Assembly (NCBI GenBank): GCA_963804155.1
Contig: CAWDPG010000004.1
Location: 818,651-882,650, forward strand
Direction of reading: 5' to 3'
Source of the DNA: an uncultured Acidobacteriaceae bacterium
GTDB taxonomy: Bacteria > Acidobacteriota > Terriglobia > Terriglobales > Acidobacteriaceae
Length of the DNA stretch: 64,000 bases
Notes under the pieces: model-generated
The model's database searches: none
What the model was told of the DNA's origin: nothing
What the model saw: only the letters and a program-made list of their open reading frames with translations
Program-made: the position numbers and the translations under genes
Shown here: in pieces, positions 39,559 through 48,416 of the stretch
How positions within the stretch are numbered: the first letter of the stretch is position 1
Layout of the letters: the number at the start of each line of letters is the position of its first letter

Positions 39559-40269
39559 ATGAAAAGGATGACGATCAGGACAGCAATTATGGGCTCGCTT
39601 GCGGCATTGATGAGCGTCGTCGCGGGCTGCGGCGGCAACAGTCCTGCCCTTACGCCGGCCGGGACAGTAGTGAACTTGAGCATATTCGACAGCACATTTA
39701 CGGGAAAATCCGGTAGCGTTGCTCTCGATTACCCCTCCCTCAAGGGCACGGATCCTCAGGGAAGTCCACTGTCCGGCTCCCTGAGCATTGTTCCTGCCGC
39801 CGCCGTGACAGTTCTACCGGATGGAACGCAGTGTTACTCAACCGTAACCACGTCCATACTCGCCCAGAACGGAACAAATCTGATGGACGAAACCAGCACC
39901 AAGTACTTCCGGGTCTCGGACGGAAGCTTCTATCAGATGGTTCACACCTCAAGTTCAGGCACAACAACCTATGTGCGAATATCAAACGACTCTTTCGGCA
40001 AAGGCCCGGTAAAAGTTGGCGACTCGGGGAATTTGGGCCTGTTCCAGGGCAGCGATGGCACAATGCTCACAATGACGTGGGCGCTCAACCCCGATTACGG
40101 CGGAGGATCCATTTTTGTAATCTCCGAAGTCTACTCGAGTGCGGCCATGGGCATGATCTCCGAAGACCAGAGCTTTTCGCTTGACGCGACAGGTAATCCA
40201 ACCGGCTATGGATTCTGGATGGATATGGATGGAGCGATCTACCAGGTTTCCGGCAACGTTGCGAAGTAA
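39559..40269 (+). CDS. lipoprotein of unknown function
   Basis: ATG 39559 has GGAGAGG upstream. MKRMTIRTAIMGSLAALMSVVAGCGG carries a lipobox. The mature part is Ser/Thr/Gly-rich and looks beta-rich. Its last 15 codons are duplicated at 41635-41683. Confidence 0.7.
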   Translation: MKRMTIRTAIMGSLAALMSVVAGCGGNSPALTPAGTVVNLSIFDSTFTGKSGSVALDYPSLKGTDPQGSPLSGSLSIVPAAAVTVLPDGTQCYSTVTTSILAQNGTNLMDETSTKYFRVSDGSFYQMVHTSSSGTTTYVRISNDSFGKGPVKVGDSGNLGLFQGSDGTMLTMTWALNPDYGGGSIFVISEVYSSAAMGMISEDQSFSLDATGNPTGYGFWMDMDGAIYQVSGNVAK

Positions 40270-40356
40270 AAAGAGAACATCGCTCGGGGACAAGTGACGC
40301 ATGGTAAGCGGCCTCCCCAAGCGGTGTTATGAGTACCGAGGCAGAGGTGGCTCAAC
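40221..40356 (+). repeat. direct repeat R1 (~136 bp, about 80% identical to R2)
   Basis: R1 covers the 3' end of the lipoprotein gene (..MDGAIYQVSGNVAK*) plus the downstream spacer (..GTGACGCATGGTAAGCGG..TTATGAGTACCGAGGCA..). It aligns with 41635-41769. Confidence 0.8.
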
Positions 40357-40371
40357 CCACCCGGAAAGGGG

Positions 40372-41615
40372 TTGTCGGGAGCGATGATGAATACGAGACA
40401 TATCCCGAGCAAGGCCAGAAGGCCAGTTCGCAGCTGCTCGCAACATCGAGCCTGTCAATGTATCGCCTTGTCGATTTCCATCTTTGTTCTCCTGCCATTC
40501 GTAGGGTGCGGCGCCAACTCGACCGCGTCGGCGCCGACTGTTTCGGCTACTCCCACCGACTATTCGCAAGCGCAGAACTGGGAAACCATCCCCAATGCCT
40601 CGCAGGGGGTCGACGTGCTCTTTTTCTATCCGACGACTTATAGTGCGACGGCCGGCACGTTGGATTCCACTTGGACCCCAGCCTGGAACCAGTCACTGGT
40701 GCAAGCCCATGCCGACGCAAAGATCAAGTCTCAGGTCACCTCCAAGACCGGGGTCTTCGCTAAAGTGGGCACGAACCTTTACGTGCCGTTCTATCAACAG
40801 GCATCAGGCCGTGACGTTCTGAATGCCCTGCTCTATTCCACAAGCCCCAGAACACCGCCGCGGCCACTCAGGCTTTGCAGGTGGCCTATACAGATGTTGC
40901 CAACGCATTTGACTACTACATGGCCCACTTCAACAAGGACACGAATGGGAATCCACGACCGTTTATTCTAGCCGGTCACAGCCAGGGGTCCAACCTCTTG
41001 CTCATGCTGTTGGAGAAGAAGTTTTCCGACCCCGCGCTCAGAAAGCAACTGGTAGCCGCTTATGTGATTGGCTGGTCCGTAACTTCCGACGACATGAATA
41101 ACAACTCCGCATCGCTGGGTCAGATAGGCATTTGCGGTATACCCAGCACACGAGTGACGGGCTGCATCGTTACCTACAATACCCAGGCGTATGCGGGAGA
41201 TTGGACGGCGGTCGGGCCAATGCTTGGACTCGTCCAGAAAAATGCCTATAGCGTGAACCCTCTGACATGGGTGGCCAGCGGCCCCGGAGAAGTCGAGTCA
41301 CCTGGAGGCTCTGCTTCGGCAAATCTGGGAGCGCTGTTCTTTACAGGCGATCTGGGTACCGTTTCTCCCGTGCCCTTCAACCTGGATCCCGATACCGGTG
41401 AGTACACCTTCGAGATGGACAACTACACGGGCGCACAAAACAATGACGGTGCATTGGTCATCGTTCCCGCATTGTTGCAGGCTCCCGCGAACCAACTGAA
41501 TTTCATCTCGCCTTACAATACGGACCCCTACTTTCACCACTACGACTATGGCTTCTTTTATCGCAATCTCGAACAGAATGCCGTAGACCGGGTCAATGCT
41601 TACAACTCCCGGTGA
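40372..41615 (+). pseudogene. DUF3089-like alpha/beta-hydrolase (lipase/esterase) lipoprotein, split by a 1-nt frameshift (or assembly error)
   Basis: Two overlapping ORFs (40372..40971 and 40875..41615) together form one protein. Lipobox LLPFVGCG, ..LYVPFYQQASGRDVLNAL.., then in the other frame ..TQALQVAYTDVANAFDYYMAHFNKDTNGNPRPFILAGHSQGSNLL (nucleophile elbow GHSQG). One extra C in the C4 run 40845-40848 restores a single ORF. The likely start is ATG 40384 or 40387. Confidence 0.65.
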
Positions 41616-41634
41616 TTCCGATGCGCAATAGACC

Positions 41635-41769
41635 GGACATGGATGGAGCGATCTACCAGGTTTCCGGAAGCGTAGCGGAGTAGAAGAAGAACACTGCTCG
41701 GCGCAGGTGACGCATGGTATGCGGCATCATCGAGCGGTATTATGAGTAGCAAGGCACGGGTGACTCAAC
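41635..41769 (+). repeat. direct repeat R2, including a relic of a lipoprotein-gene 3' end
   Basis: It reads ..DMDGAIYQVSGSVAE* with no gene body upstream, followed by a spacer homologous to the one after R1. Confidence 0.8.
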
Positions 41770-41860
41770 TGCTCTCGGCGATGGGCAATCGGAGTTTCAA
41801 TTCTGCATCCCTCCGTGATTTAAGCCGCCAACGAAGCCAAATCTCGATCTGGAGGATCTC

Positions 41861-44800
41861 GTGCGACACGGTTCAACGCAGAATTGTCGATTTGCTGTGC
41901 TGCTGTACGCATTGTTCTCTTGCGTCACGGTCGCTTTCGCGCAGATGGACCGTAGCGCGTTGATCGGCACGGTCACTGACGCATCGGGACGCGTGCTGCC
42001 CCAGGTCCATATCGTTGCGGTGGAGGGCTCGACCGGGTTGAGCCGCGAAACCGTTTCGAACGCGAGCGGCAACTACAGCATTCAGCAGTTGCGTGTGGGC
42101 ACCTATACCGTCACTTTTGAGCGTTCGGGGTTCAGGAAGCTCGAGTTCGTCCATGTGGAACAGGTGATCGGCAGGACGCGCACCCTGAACGCGGCGCTCG
42201 AAGTCGCAGGCGGCGAAGAGCGCATCGAGGTGCAGTCAGCAACGGCGCTGATGGATCGCAACAGCAGCACGGTGACCGGCCTGATTGAGCACACGCAGGC
42301 CGAGGAGTTACCGCTCAACGGACGCGACTGGTCAGCGCTGACGGCATATGTTCCCGGAGCGATTGACACCGGCGGCAGCAATCAGCGGACGATTCGCTTT
42401 GCCGGGCGCGGCCTCGACGACAGCAACTTTACCTACGACGGCGTCGACGCCGGCAACATTGTGAATCAGACGCAGCGCCAGTGGGTGCGGCTCGCCATAC
42501 CGCTGGACGCGATCCAGGAGTTCCGCGTCGATTCGCTGATGGCGAGCGCCGAGGAAGGCGCCACGGGCGGCGCGCAAATGGACGTCAGCTCGCCCTCCGG
42601 CACCAACCGCTTCCACGGCCGCCTTTTCGAGTACTTGCGAAACGATGTCTTCGACGCGCCACTGCCTACCTGGGTTCCCGGCAATGGTAAGCAGCCGCTG
42701 CGCCTGAATCAGTTTGGCGCATCGTCGGGTGGCCCTATTGTCCGCAACAAGACATTTTTCTTCCTGGCTGCGGAGGCCTACCGTCAAAACTGGGGCTATC
42801 CGGTGAGCGGCGACGTGCCGAGCCAGTCGCTCATTGCAACAGTGCCGAGCAGTTCGCCCATCTACGCCATCGTCAACGGATACCCGGGGGCTGGCCCTAA
42901 AACTATCCTGACGCCGTGGACGCCAGCCAACGACCCCGGCGACCCACACTATATGGACTACGACCTGTTGACATGCGAATGTACTCAGGTAGTGAACGAA
43001 AGCTCGGCGATGCTGCGGCTCGATCAGCGTTTCTCCGCGAAGACTACAGCCTTTATGCGCTTCAACTATGACCGGTCCGTCAATACACAGCCACTCTCGG
43101 CGGCTGCGACCGATTTGCAGCAGAAGGTCTCCGCCCCGATCAACGGAGTTCTGGAATTGTTGCACATCTTCAATTCCCGCCTCGTGAACGAAGCCAAGGC
43201 CGGCTTTAACCGTTCCTCCTCAAACCAGTACAACTTCAGCGACTCTGGGATCAATTATCAGATTGCCATCTCGACGGGCCCTGGACCAGGATTTGTGACC
43301 GAGAATTACAACTACACCAGCATCTACGTTGGCAACTCGTTTTCGGGAATCGACAATCTGACCTGGGAGCATGACCGCCATATCTTCAAAGCCGGAGTTG
43401 AGTTCCGCTCGATTCAGTTGAACCAGGAATATGGACAACACGGCACACTTACGTTTTCCACGGTAGAAAATCTCGCGGGCAATACGATGAAGAAGGCCAA
43501 ACTGACGGGTGCTTTGCCGGTCAACCACCTGCGCAAGAACGACTACTTCCTCTACGCTCAGGACGAGTACAAATTACGTTCCAATCTGGTGCTGAACCTC
43601 GGCCTGCGCTACAACATCTTCGATCTGTTTCATGAGGAGGACGGATTGGCAAACCCCTTCGACTTTGCCACCTGCGGGCCCCAGGGTTTCTGCGGGGCAG
43701 GTGCCAGCTTCGGCCAACAGAACTACGGCGATATCGATCCCCGCGTGGCCTTCGCCTGGACGCCGCGTAAGTCGGGTTCGACCGTGATTCGCGGCGGCTT
43801 TGGCCTCTACCACGAAGACGGACAGTTGGATGATCAGAATCTTCCCGCGAAAAATGAGGTGCCATCCTATTCGGCCACTGGCAGCGCGAGTTCGCCGCTC
43901 TCTTACTGCCCGCCCACAGTGTGCGCGACCGCGGTTCCATTCGGTGCCGGAACGCTCTCACCGAATGCCGAGCAGCGCGACCGCAAAGATACGTATGTCG
44001 AGCAATGGAGCTTGTCGGCGCAGCGGGAGTTGCCGGCGAACTTCGTGGGCACGGTCTCTTATCTCGGAAGTCACGGCGTGCATTTGCTCGAGACCAACGT
44101 GGTCAACCTGATCGATCCTGCCACGGGGGCTGTGCAGTATGCGGGCTTTGCGCCCGCCATCGGCTGGCGCAGCTCTTCGGGCATGAGCACGTACAACGGC
44201 CTCTCCGTGGCCATGCGCCGTTCCATCACCCGCGGCTTGCTGGTCACGGCGAACTATATGTGGTCGCACGAAATCGACAATGGCTCAAATGGCAGCGGCG
44301 ACGGCGACGAGGTATCGCCGCAGAATCCTTTGTGCCAGCGCTGCGATACCGCCAGCGGCGCGTGGGACGCCCGCCACGTTTTCAATGGCAATGCCGTGTA
44401 TCAACTTCCCTTCGGAGTGGGCCAGCCGATGCTGAACCAGCATGGGATCGCGACCGCCATCGCCGGCAACTGGCAACTGACGACAACCGCTCTAGCTCGT
44501 ACCGGATTCCCCGTGAACGTGCTCCTGCCCAGCACTTACATCGCTGCGGATGGCGCCACCGGCACCCAGCGCCCCGACAGAATTCCTGGCGTTTCCTTGA
44601 TTCCACCGGGAGGAAGAACGGTAGCGGAGTGGATGAATCCAGCAGCCTTTGCCGCTCCTGCCGGAGCATTCGGCACCGCGCCGCGCGACCTGGTGCGCGG
44701 GCCGGGGACATGGCAGATAGATTTCGGCGCCGACAAGGCGTTTCCTCTCGCGGAGCGCGGAAGATTGGAATTCCGCGCGGAGTTCTACAACATTTTCAAT

Positions 44801-44959
44801 CACCCACAGCTTGGCCAGCCGCAGTCTACTTTCAATCCATCCAATACCAACGGTTTCGGAGCCATTACCACAACGGAAAACTTGGCGGTTTCGCCCGTCA
44901 CGCCCGTGGGTTCGGGAACCCCGCGCGAGATGCAGTTTGCGCTTCGGTTCGACTTCTGA
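41861..44959 (+). CDS. TonB-dependent-receptor-like outer-membrane protein with N-terminal carboxypeptidase-regulatory-like domain
   Basis: 1032 aa. GTG 41861 lies 5 nt after GGAGG. Signal peptide ..VTVAFAQ. CarboxypepD_reg-type segment: GTVTDASGRVLPQVHIVAVEGSTGLSRETVSNASGNYSIQQLRVGTYTVTF. A long beta-barrel-like region ends in the aromatic terminus ..FALRFDF. Confidence 0.85.
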   Translation: MRHGSTQNCRFAVLLYALFSCVTVAFAQMDRSALIGTVTDASGRVLPQVHIVAVEGSTGLSRETVSNASGNYSIQQLRVGTYTVTFERSGFRKLEFVHVEQVIGRTRTLNAALEVAGGEERIEVQSATALMDRNSSTVTGLIEHTQAEELPLNGRDWSALTAYVPGAIDTGGSNQRTIRFAGRGLDDSNFTYDGVDAGNIVNQTQRQWVRLAIPLDAIQEFRVDSLMASAEEGATGGAQMDVSSPSGTNRFHGRLFEYLRNDVFDAPLPTWVPGNGKQPLRLNQFGASSGGPIVRNKTFFFLAAEAYRQNWGYPVSGDVPSQSLIATVPSSSPIYAIVNGYPGAGPKTILTPWTPANDPGDPHYMDYDLLTCECTQVVNESSAMLRLDQRFSAKTTAFMRFNYDRSVNTQPLSAAATDLQQKVSAPINGVLELLHIFNSRLVNEAKAGFNRSSSNQYNFSDSGINYQIAISTGPGPGFVTENYNYTSIYVGNSFSGIDNLTWEHDRHIFKAGVEFRSIQLNQEYGQHGTLTFSTVENLAGNTMKKAKLTGALPVNHLRKNDYFLYAQDEYKLRSNLVLNLGLRYNIFDLFHEEDGLANPFDFATCGPQGFCGAGASFGQQNYGDIDPRVAFAWTPRKSGSTVIRGGFGLYHEDGQLDDQNLPAKNEVPSYSATGSASSPLSYCPPTVCATAVPFGAGTLSPNAEQRDRKDTYVEQWSLSAQRELPANFVGTVSYLGSHGVHLLETNVVNLIDPATGAVQYAGFAPAIGWRSSSGMSTYNGLSVAMRRSITRGLLVTANYMWSHEIDNGSNGSGDGDEVSPQNPLCQRCDTASGAWDARHVFNGNAVYQLPFGVGQPMLNQHGIATAIAGNWQLTTTALARTGFPVNVLLPSTYIAADGATGTQRPDRIPGVSLIPPGGRTVAEWMNPAAFAAPAGAFGTAPRDLVRGPGTWQIDFGADKAFPLAERGRLEFRAEFYNIFNHPQLGQPQSTFNPSNTNGFGAITTTENLAVSPVTPVGSGTPREMQFALRFDF

Positions 44960-45143
44960 CGCTAGCCGACTCGTCGAAGTGGCGCCAGGAGCGGCGACGA
45001 CTCTTTAATGACGCCTACCCCGTGATGCGATCGCCTTAGGCACTTCAAGGCATCGGGTAGCCGCTGCTCAAGGGTTTTCTAGTCCAGCGTCTTGCGCCAG
45101 GTCGAGTATCGGTAATGAAAATTGCTTGTGAGCTAATCGCGTC

Positions 45144-46253
45144 TCAATGCTTCGCTAGATCTAGCGTATAGCGCGCGTGCTTTCGCTCGCCAGTACGGAT
45201 GAGCGCACCCTTTTCCGTAAGGTCCGCTAAATCGCGAGTTGTTGTTGCCGGAGACGCGCCGGTGATCGTGCGGTACTTGCTTGCACTCAAGCCGCCCTCG
45301 AATCCGCTTGGGCCTTCCCGAAAGATCCGCAAGAGTGCTTTCTGCTGCCTGTCGTTGATGTGTCCGCGCAGCCGGTCAAGCAGCTTTGTTTTGGCAATGA
45401 GAAACTCAACCTGCGTGATGGTCCGGCGCTGCGCTTCTATAGCTATGTCAGCAAACCATGCAAGCCATGCAGTCACATCAATCTTCTGGTTGGCCCTTTC
45501 AAGGGCTTCGTAATAGCTTTTCTGATGGGCCAGGATCGTTGTGGCCAGTGCGACAAGGAGGGGTTGACCGAAACTTTGCGCCATCGCCTTTTCTGCGATG
45601 GCCCGCCCGATTCGACCGTTGCCATCCTCGAAGGGATGGATGGACTCGAAATACAGATGGGCAATGCCCGCTCTAGTGATGGCTGGCAGTGATTCCGTAC
45701 CCTGCGGCGTCGTTCGATTGAACCATGAGACGAACCGCTTCATCTCTGACGGAACCCGCTTCGACGGAGGAGCCTCGAAATGGACCTTCTGAGCGCCAAT
45801 CCGGCCCGAAATAACCTGCATTGGCTCCTGGCCTGTGCGGTACTGTCCTATGTTGATGAGGTCTTTTCTGCCGGATGCCACCATGCCGTGCCAGCGAAAG
45901 AGCATCTCGATTGATAGAGGCTCAGCGGATGATCGGAAAAGATCGACCATCATTTCGGCAATCCCTTGTTCCGCCGGAGTGGCGCGCCGCTTATCTGCAA
46001 CCAGGCCGAGTTGTCGCTGGACGGAGGATTGGACACTGGCCCGGTTGAGGATTTCACCTTCAATCGCGGAGGTCGTCAGTGCTTCTCCACTCATTGCTTC
46101 TACGAGGAGTTGATTATGTTCGTCTTCGCCCAGGTGCTTGACCGTGCCGATGACAACGCCAGCGCCAAGGAGAAACTGCTCTTCGGCAGTGGCCATTCGA
46201 GCACGGTCCCACTTGAAATTTGGCCAATCCGGATTTTGCCAGTTCCAGGTCAT
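45144..46253 (-). CDS. Fic family protein (DUF4172-type N-terminus, Fic domain, C-terminal wHTH)
   Basis: 369 aa. Fic active-site motif HPFEDGNGRIGRAIAE. The N-terminus MTWNWQNPDWPNFKWD is typical of DUF4172-Fic proteins. Confidence 0.9.
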   Translation of the reverse strand: MTWNWQNPDWPNFKWDRARMATAEEQFLLGAGVVIGTVKHLGEDEHNQLLVEAMSGEALTTSAIEGEILNRASVQSSVQRQLGLVADKRRATPAEQGIAEMMVDLFRSSAEPLSIEMLFRWHGMVASGRKDLINIGQYRTGQEPMQVISGRIGAQKVHFEAPPSKRVPSEMKRFVSWFNRTTPQGTESLPAITRAGIAHLYFESIHPFEDGNGRIGRAIAEKAMAQSFGQPLLVALATTILAHQKSYYEALERANQKIDVTAWLAWFADIAIEAQRRTITQVEFLIAKTKLLDRLRGHINDRQQKALLRIFREGPSGFEGGLSASKYRTITGASPATTTRDLADLTEKGALIRTGERKHARYTLDLAKH

Positions 46254-46282
46254 GAGCGATAGCGAACCTCTCTATCGCTCAT
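46252..46282 (-). promoter_or_regulatory. perfect 11-bp hairpin/operator covering the Fic start codon
   Basis: ATGAGCGATAG (46252-46262) and CTATCGCTCAT (46272-46282) are exact reverse complements, separated by 9 nt. On the mRNA strand the loop reads AGAGGTTCG (SD-like GAGG), and the 3' arm ends in the AT of the Fic ATG. A third copy at 46317-46327 overlaps the stop of the upstream gene. Confidence 0.6.
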
Positions 46283-46316
46283 AATACCCGGTCTCTGTGA
46301 GTGATACAACAAGATT

Positions 46317-47183
46317 CTATCGCTCATGTTCTGTGCCGGCTTTTGGCTTCGACTGTACGCGATGAGGCTTCCTTGCATCGCCGACCGGCACAGCGTCCAC
46401 TTGAGAGGCAGGGGCTGGAACGGCTTGAATCGCCGGGGGTGTCGGCGCGGCGGTCGCTGTGGGATCCGAATCCCGGCAGCCCTGTATTTCGATGCCGCCA
46501 AACAATCCGATCAACATAGCGGCCCCGGCAACCAGCGGTATCCATATGCGCAGCACGTCGCTCTTCCATTCATGCAGAAGTGCGTCGATTGTCTTTGCCC
46601 GGCCTTCGAGGGAGTATGTCAGTCGGTTGTTCGCATATTCCACTTGAGCAATCACTCCACTGCGCGAATCCGATAGTTTGCGCAGCGCCGATGAAAGTTC
46701 CTGTTGGACGCTCGTCATGGCTGCGCTGGCCGCCTGTAGACCCTCGGCAGTGGCCGGGATGCCCGACTTGAGGAAGTTCTGGCGCAGGCTTTCACCAAGC
46801 AATTTCGCAATCTGCTTCGGATCAAGGCTGGCTTCGAGCTTGCTGGGCAGCGCGGAAATCCGCGAATCCAACTCGTGGACATAGCCAAGCATCTTCTCTC
46901 GGGTCTCGTCTGAAAGCTGCTGATGAACATCAAACATCTCTTGAAAGAGTTCGCGCTCATCGGAAATATCCTTGGGCGTGTGGCGCGTTAGCAGAGCCAG
47001 GATGCCCATCGCTTCGAGAATGCGCAGCATTTCATCGTCTGGACTGAGCGTGTGAGTATGAGCGAGAACACGATAGTATGCAGTCTGCAATTCTTCAGGA
47101 ACAAGACGTGCGAGAGAGTCGAACAGTGTCGGCTCTCCCGCCGAAATCACCGCAACCTTAGAAGCAACCGGAGCGACACTCAT
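46317..47183 (-). CDS. hypothetical protein: helical/coiled-coil N-terminal part, one C-terminal TM helix, Pro/Ala-rich tail
   Basis: 288 aa. The ATG overlaps the ParA-like stop (ATGA). TM segment IWIPLVAGAAMLIGLFGGI. No motif recognised. Confidence 0.6.
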   Translation of the reverse strand: MSVAPVASKVAVISAGEPTLFDSLARLVPEELQTAYYRVLAHTHTLSPDDEMLRILEAMGILALLTRHTPKDISDERELFQEMFDVHQQLSDETREKMLGYVHELDSRISALPSKLEASLDPKQIAKLLGESLRQNFLKSGIPATAEGLQAASAAMTSVQQELSSALRKLSDSRSGVIAQVEYANNRLTYSLEGRAKTIDALLHEWKSDVLRIWIPLVAGAAMLIGLFGGIEIQGCRDSDPTATAAPTPPAIQAVPAPASQVDAVPVGDARKPHRVQSKPKAGTEHER

Positions 47184-47905
47184 GGCAAGAACACCTGCCT
47201 CGTCCGGTCGAATTCAGAGAAGAGCCGACGGCGATAGCTTTGTGCGCGCATGACGAGGGAGGCCCTCTTCAGCTCATCCACCTCAGTCTTGCGGTCCGCA
47301 ACTTGCCCAAGCTGGATTCCATGCTGCCGGACTGGATTCTCAAGTTCAGCGAGTCGGAACTCCATCTGCAAGATTTCCGGCGCGAACGTTTCGCGGAAGC
47401 AATTCGCCTGTTCGGTGGACCTCCAGTAGGTGAAGTCTGCCAGGGCGCTGGTTGCGTTCTCGACGATGACGTACTCTACGCGATCCTGAAGGCGGCTTGC
47501 CCAGGCAAGGACACTTTCAACGCTGGCCGGATCAGGCGTAACCACGCCGACCGCCGTAAACCGCACACCGCTCGCCGCCATATCCTCATACATCGAGTCA
47601 AACCAGCCTGATGCAACCTGCCCTGCTCCAGCTCCCATGTCGGCGACGATGATAGAGGTACCGCCGTCAAGATGATCGACAAAAGCATCGAGGCCGGCAG
47701 GAGTGTGAATGTTGACCTTGGTGACTGTGCCATTGAAAAAGTGCTTCAACGACCCACGAGTCTTGTTCTCTGTGTCGAGATCGAGGAGAGTGACAGGAAT
47801 CTCATTTGCGGCAAACCACTCGGCCAGGGAGACCACGACACCGGTTTTCCCAACGCCGCCCTTGCCACCCATCGTGAAGACAACTCGCTTTGAATACGCC
47901 GTCAT
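47180..47905 (-). CDS. ParA/MinD-superfamily P-loop ATPase
   Basis: 241 aa. Deviant Walker A in TMGGKGGVGKTG, then LLDLDTEN. The start overlaps the upstream stop (ATGA). Confidence 0.85.
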   Translation of the reverse strand: MTAYSKRVVFTMGGKGGVGKTGVVVSLAEWFAANEIPVTLLDLDTENKTRGSLKHFFNGTVTKVNIHTPAGLDAFVDHLDGGTSIIVADMGAGAGQVASGWFDSMYEDMAASGVRFTAVGVVTPDPASVESVLAWASRLQDRVEYVIVENATSALADFTYWRSTEQANCFRETFAPEILQMEFRLAELENPVRQHGIQLGQVADRKTEVDELKRASLVMRAQSYRRRLFSEFDRTRQVFLP

Positions 47906-48285
47906 TGCTCACCTCCGCTGATTGTTAGGGTCAGGGGTTCATTCTCACGGAAGACGAAGCGAGCTGGCTTTGCATTCGGCACTACCGGTCTCGCCTTGAG
48001 GGCGGCGGCGCGATCCAGCGCCGCCGGCAAATCCACCGCAGGGAGATCAGACGGCGGTAACTCAAATTGCATTCGCTTGCGGTGTTTGGCACGGACCTTC
48101 ACGAACGAATGCAAGGTGCTGGGTGCAACGTGCAATCCAAGGCGCTCGCGGAAGAGCCGAGCGACCTCACGGTAAGTCCGCCCTTTTCGCCGCAGTTCGC
48201 GGATCAGGTCGCGATGCGGTTCCAGCTTAGAGCGGTATGGCTTTTCAGGGAGAGATTCGAGAATTGTCCGAAGCTCTGGTTCCAT
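47902..48285 (-). CDS. small helix-turn-helix DNA-binding protein (resolvase/IS-type HTH)
   Basis: ATG 48285 (MEPELRTILESL..). HTH-like RRKGRTYREVARLFRERLGLHVAPSTLHSFV. It is the first gene of the HTH-ParA-288aa operon next to attR. Confidence 0.6.
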   Translation of the reverse strand: MEPELRTILESLPEKPYRSKLEPHRDLIRELRRKGRTYREVARLFRERLGLHVAPSTLHSFVKVRAKHRKRMQFELPPSDLPAVDLPAALDRAAALKARPVVPNAKPARFVFRENEPLTLTISGGEQ

Positions 48286-48416
48286 GGATTTGGCTCCAGA
48301 GCACCGCACTGCATTGTTCCAATAGGCGTCCGATAAGCGGCTCCGACGGTGCCTGAAAGTGCCTTACTGCGCTATCCATGCCACCTAGTTTCAATAAGTT
48401 ACCAGGCGTTCGGCTA

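Noticed and set aside
40329-40643. ORFs starting at the conserved TTATGAGTA inside repeats R1 and R2 (40329..40643 and 41742..41963).
   Set aside because: Their translations diverge immediately after the repeat. They overlap the better-supported DUF3089 start or run into the TBDR leader. The conserved ATG is more likely part of a non-coding leader.
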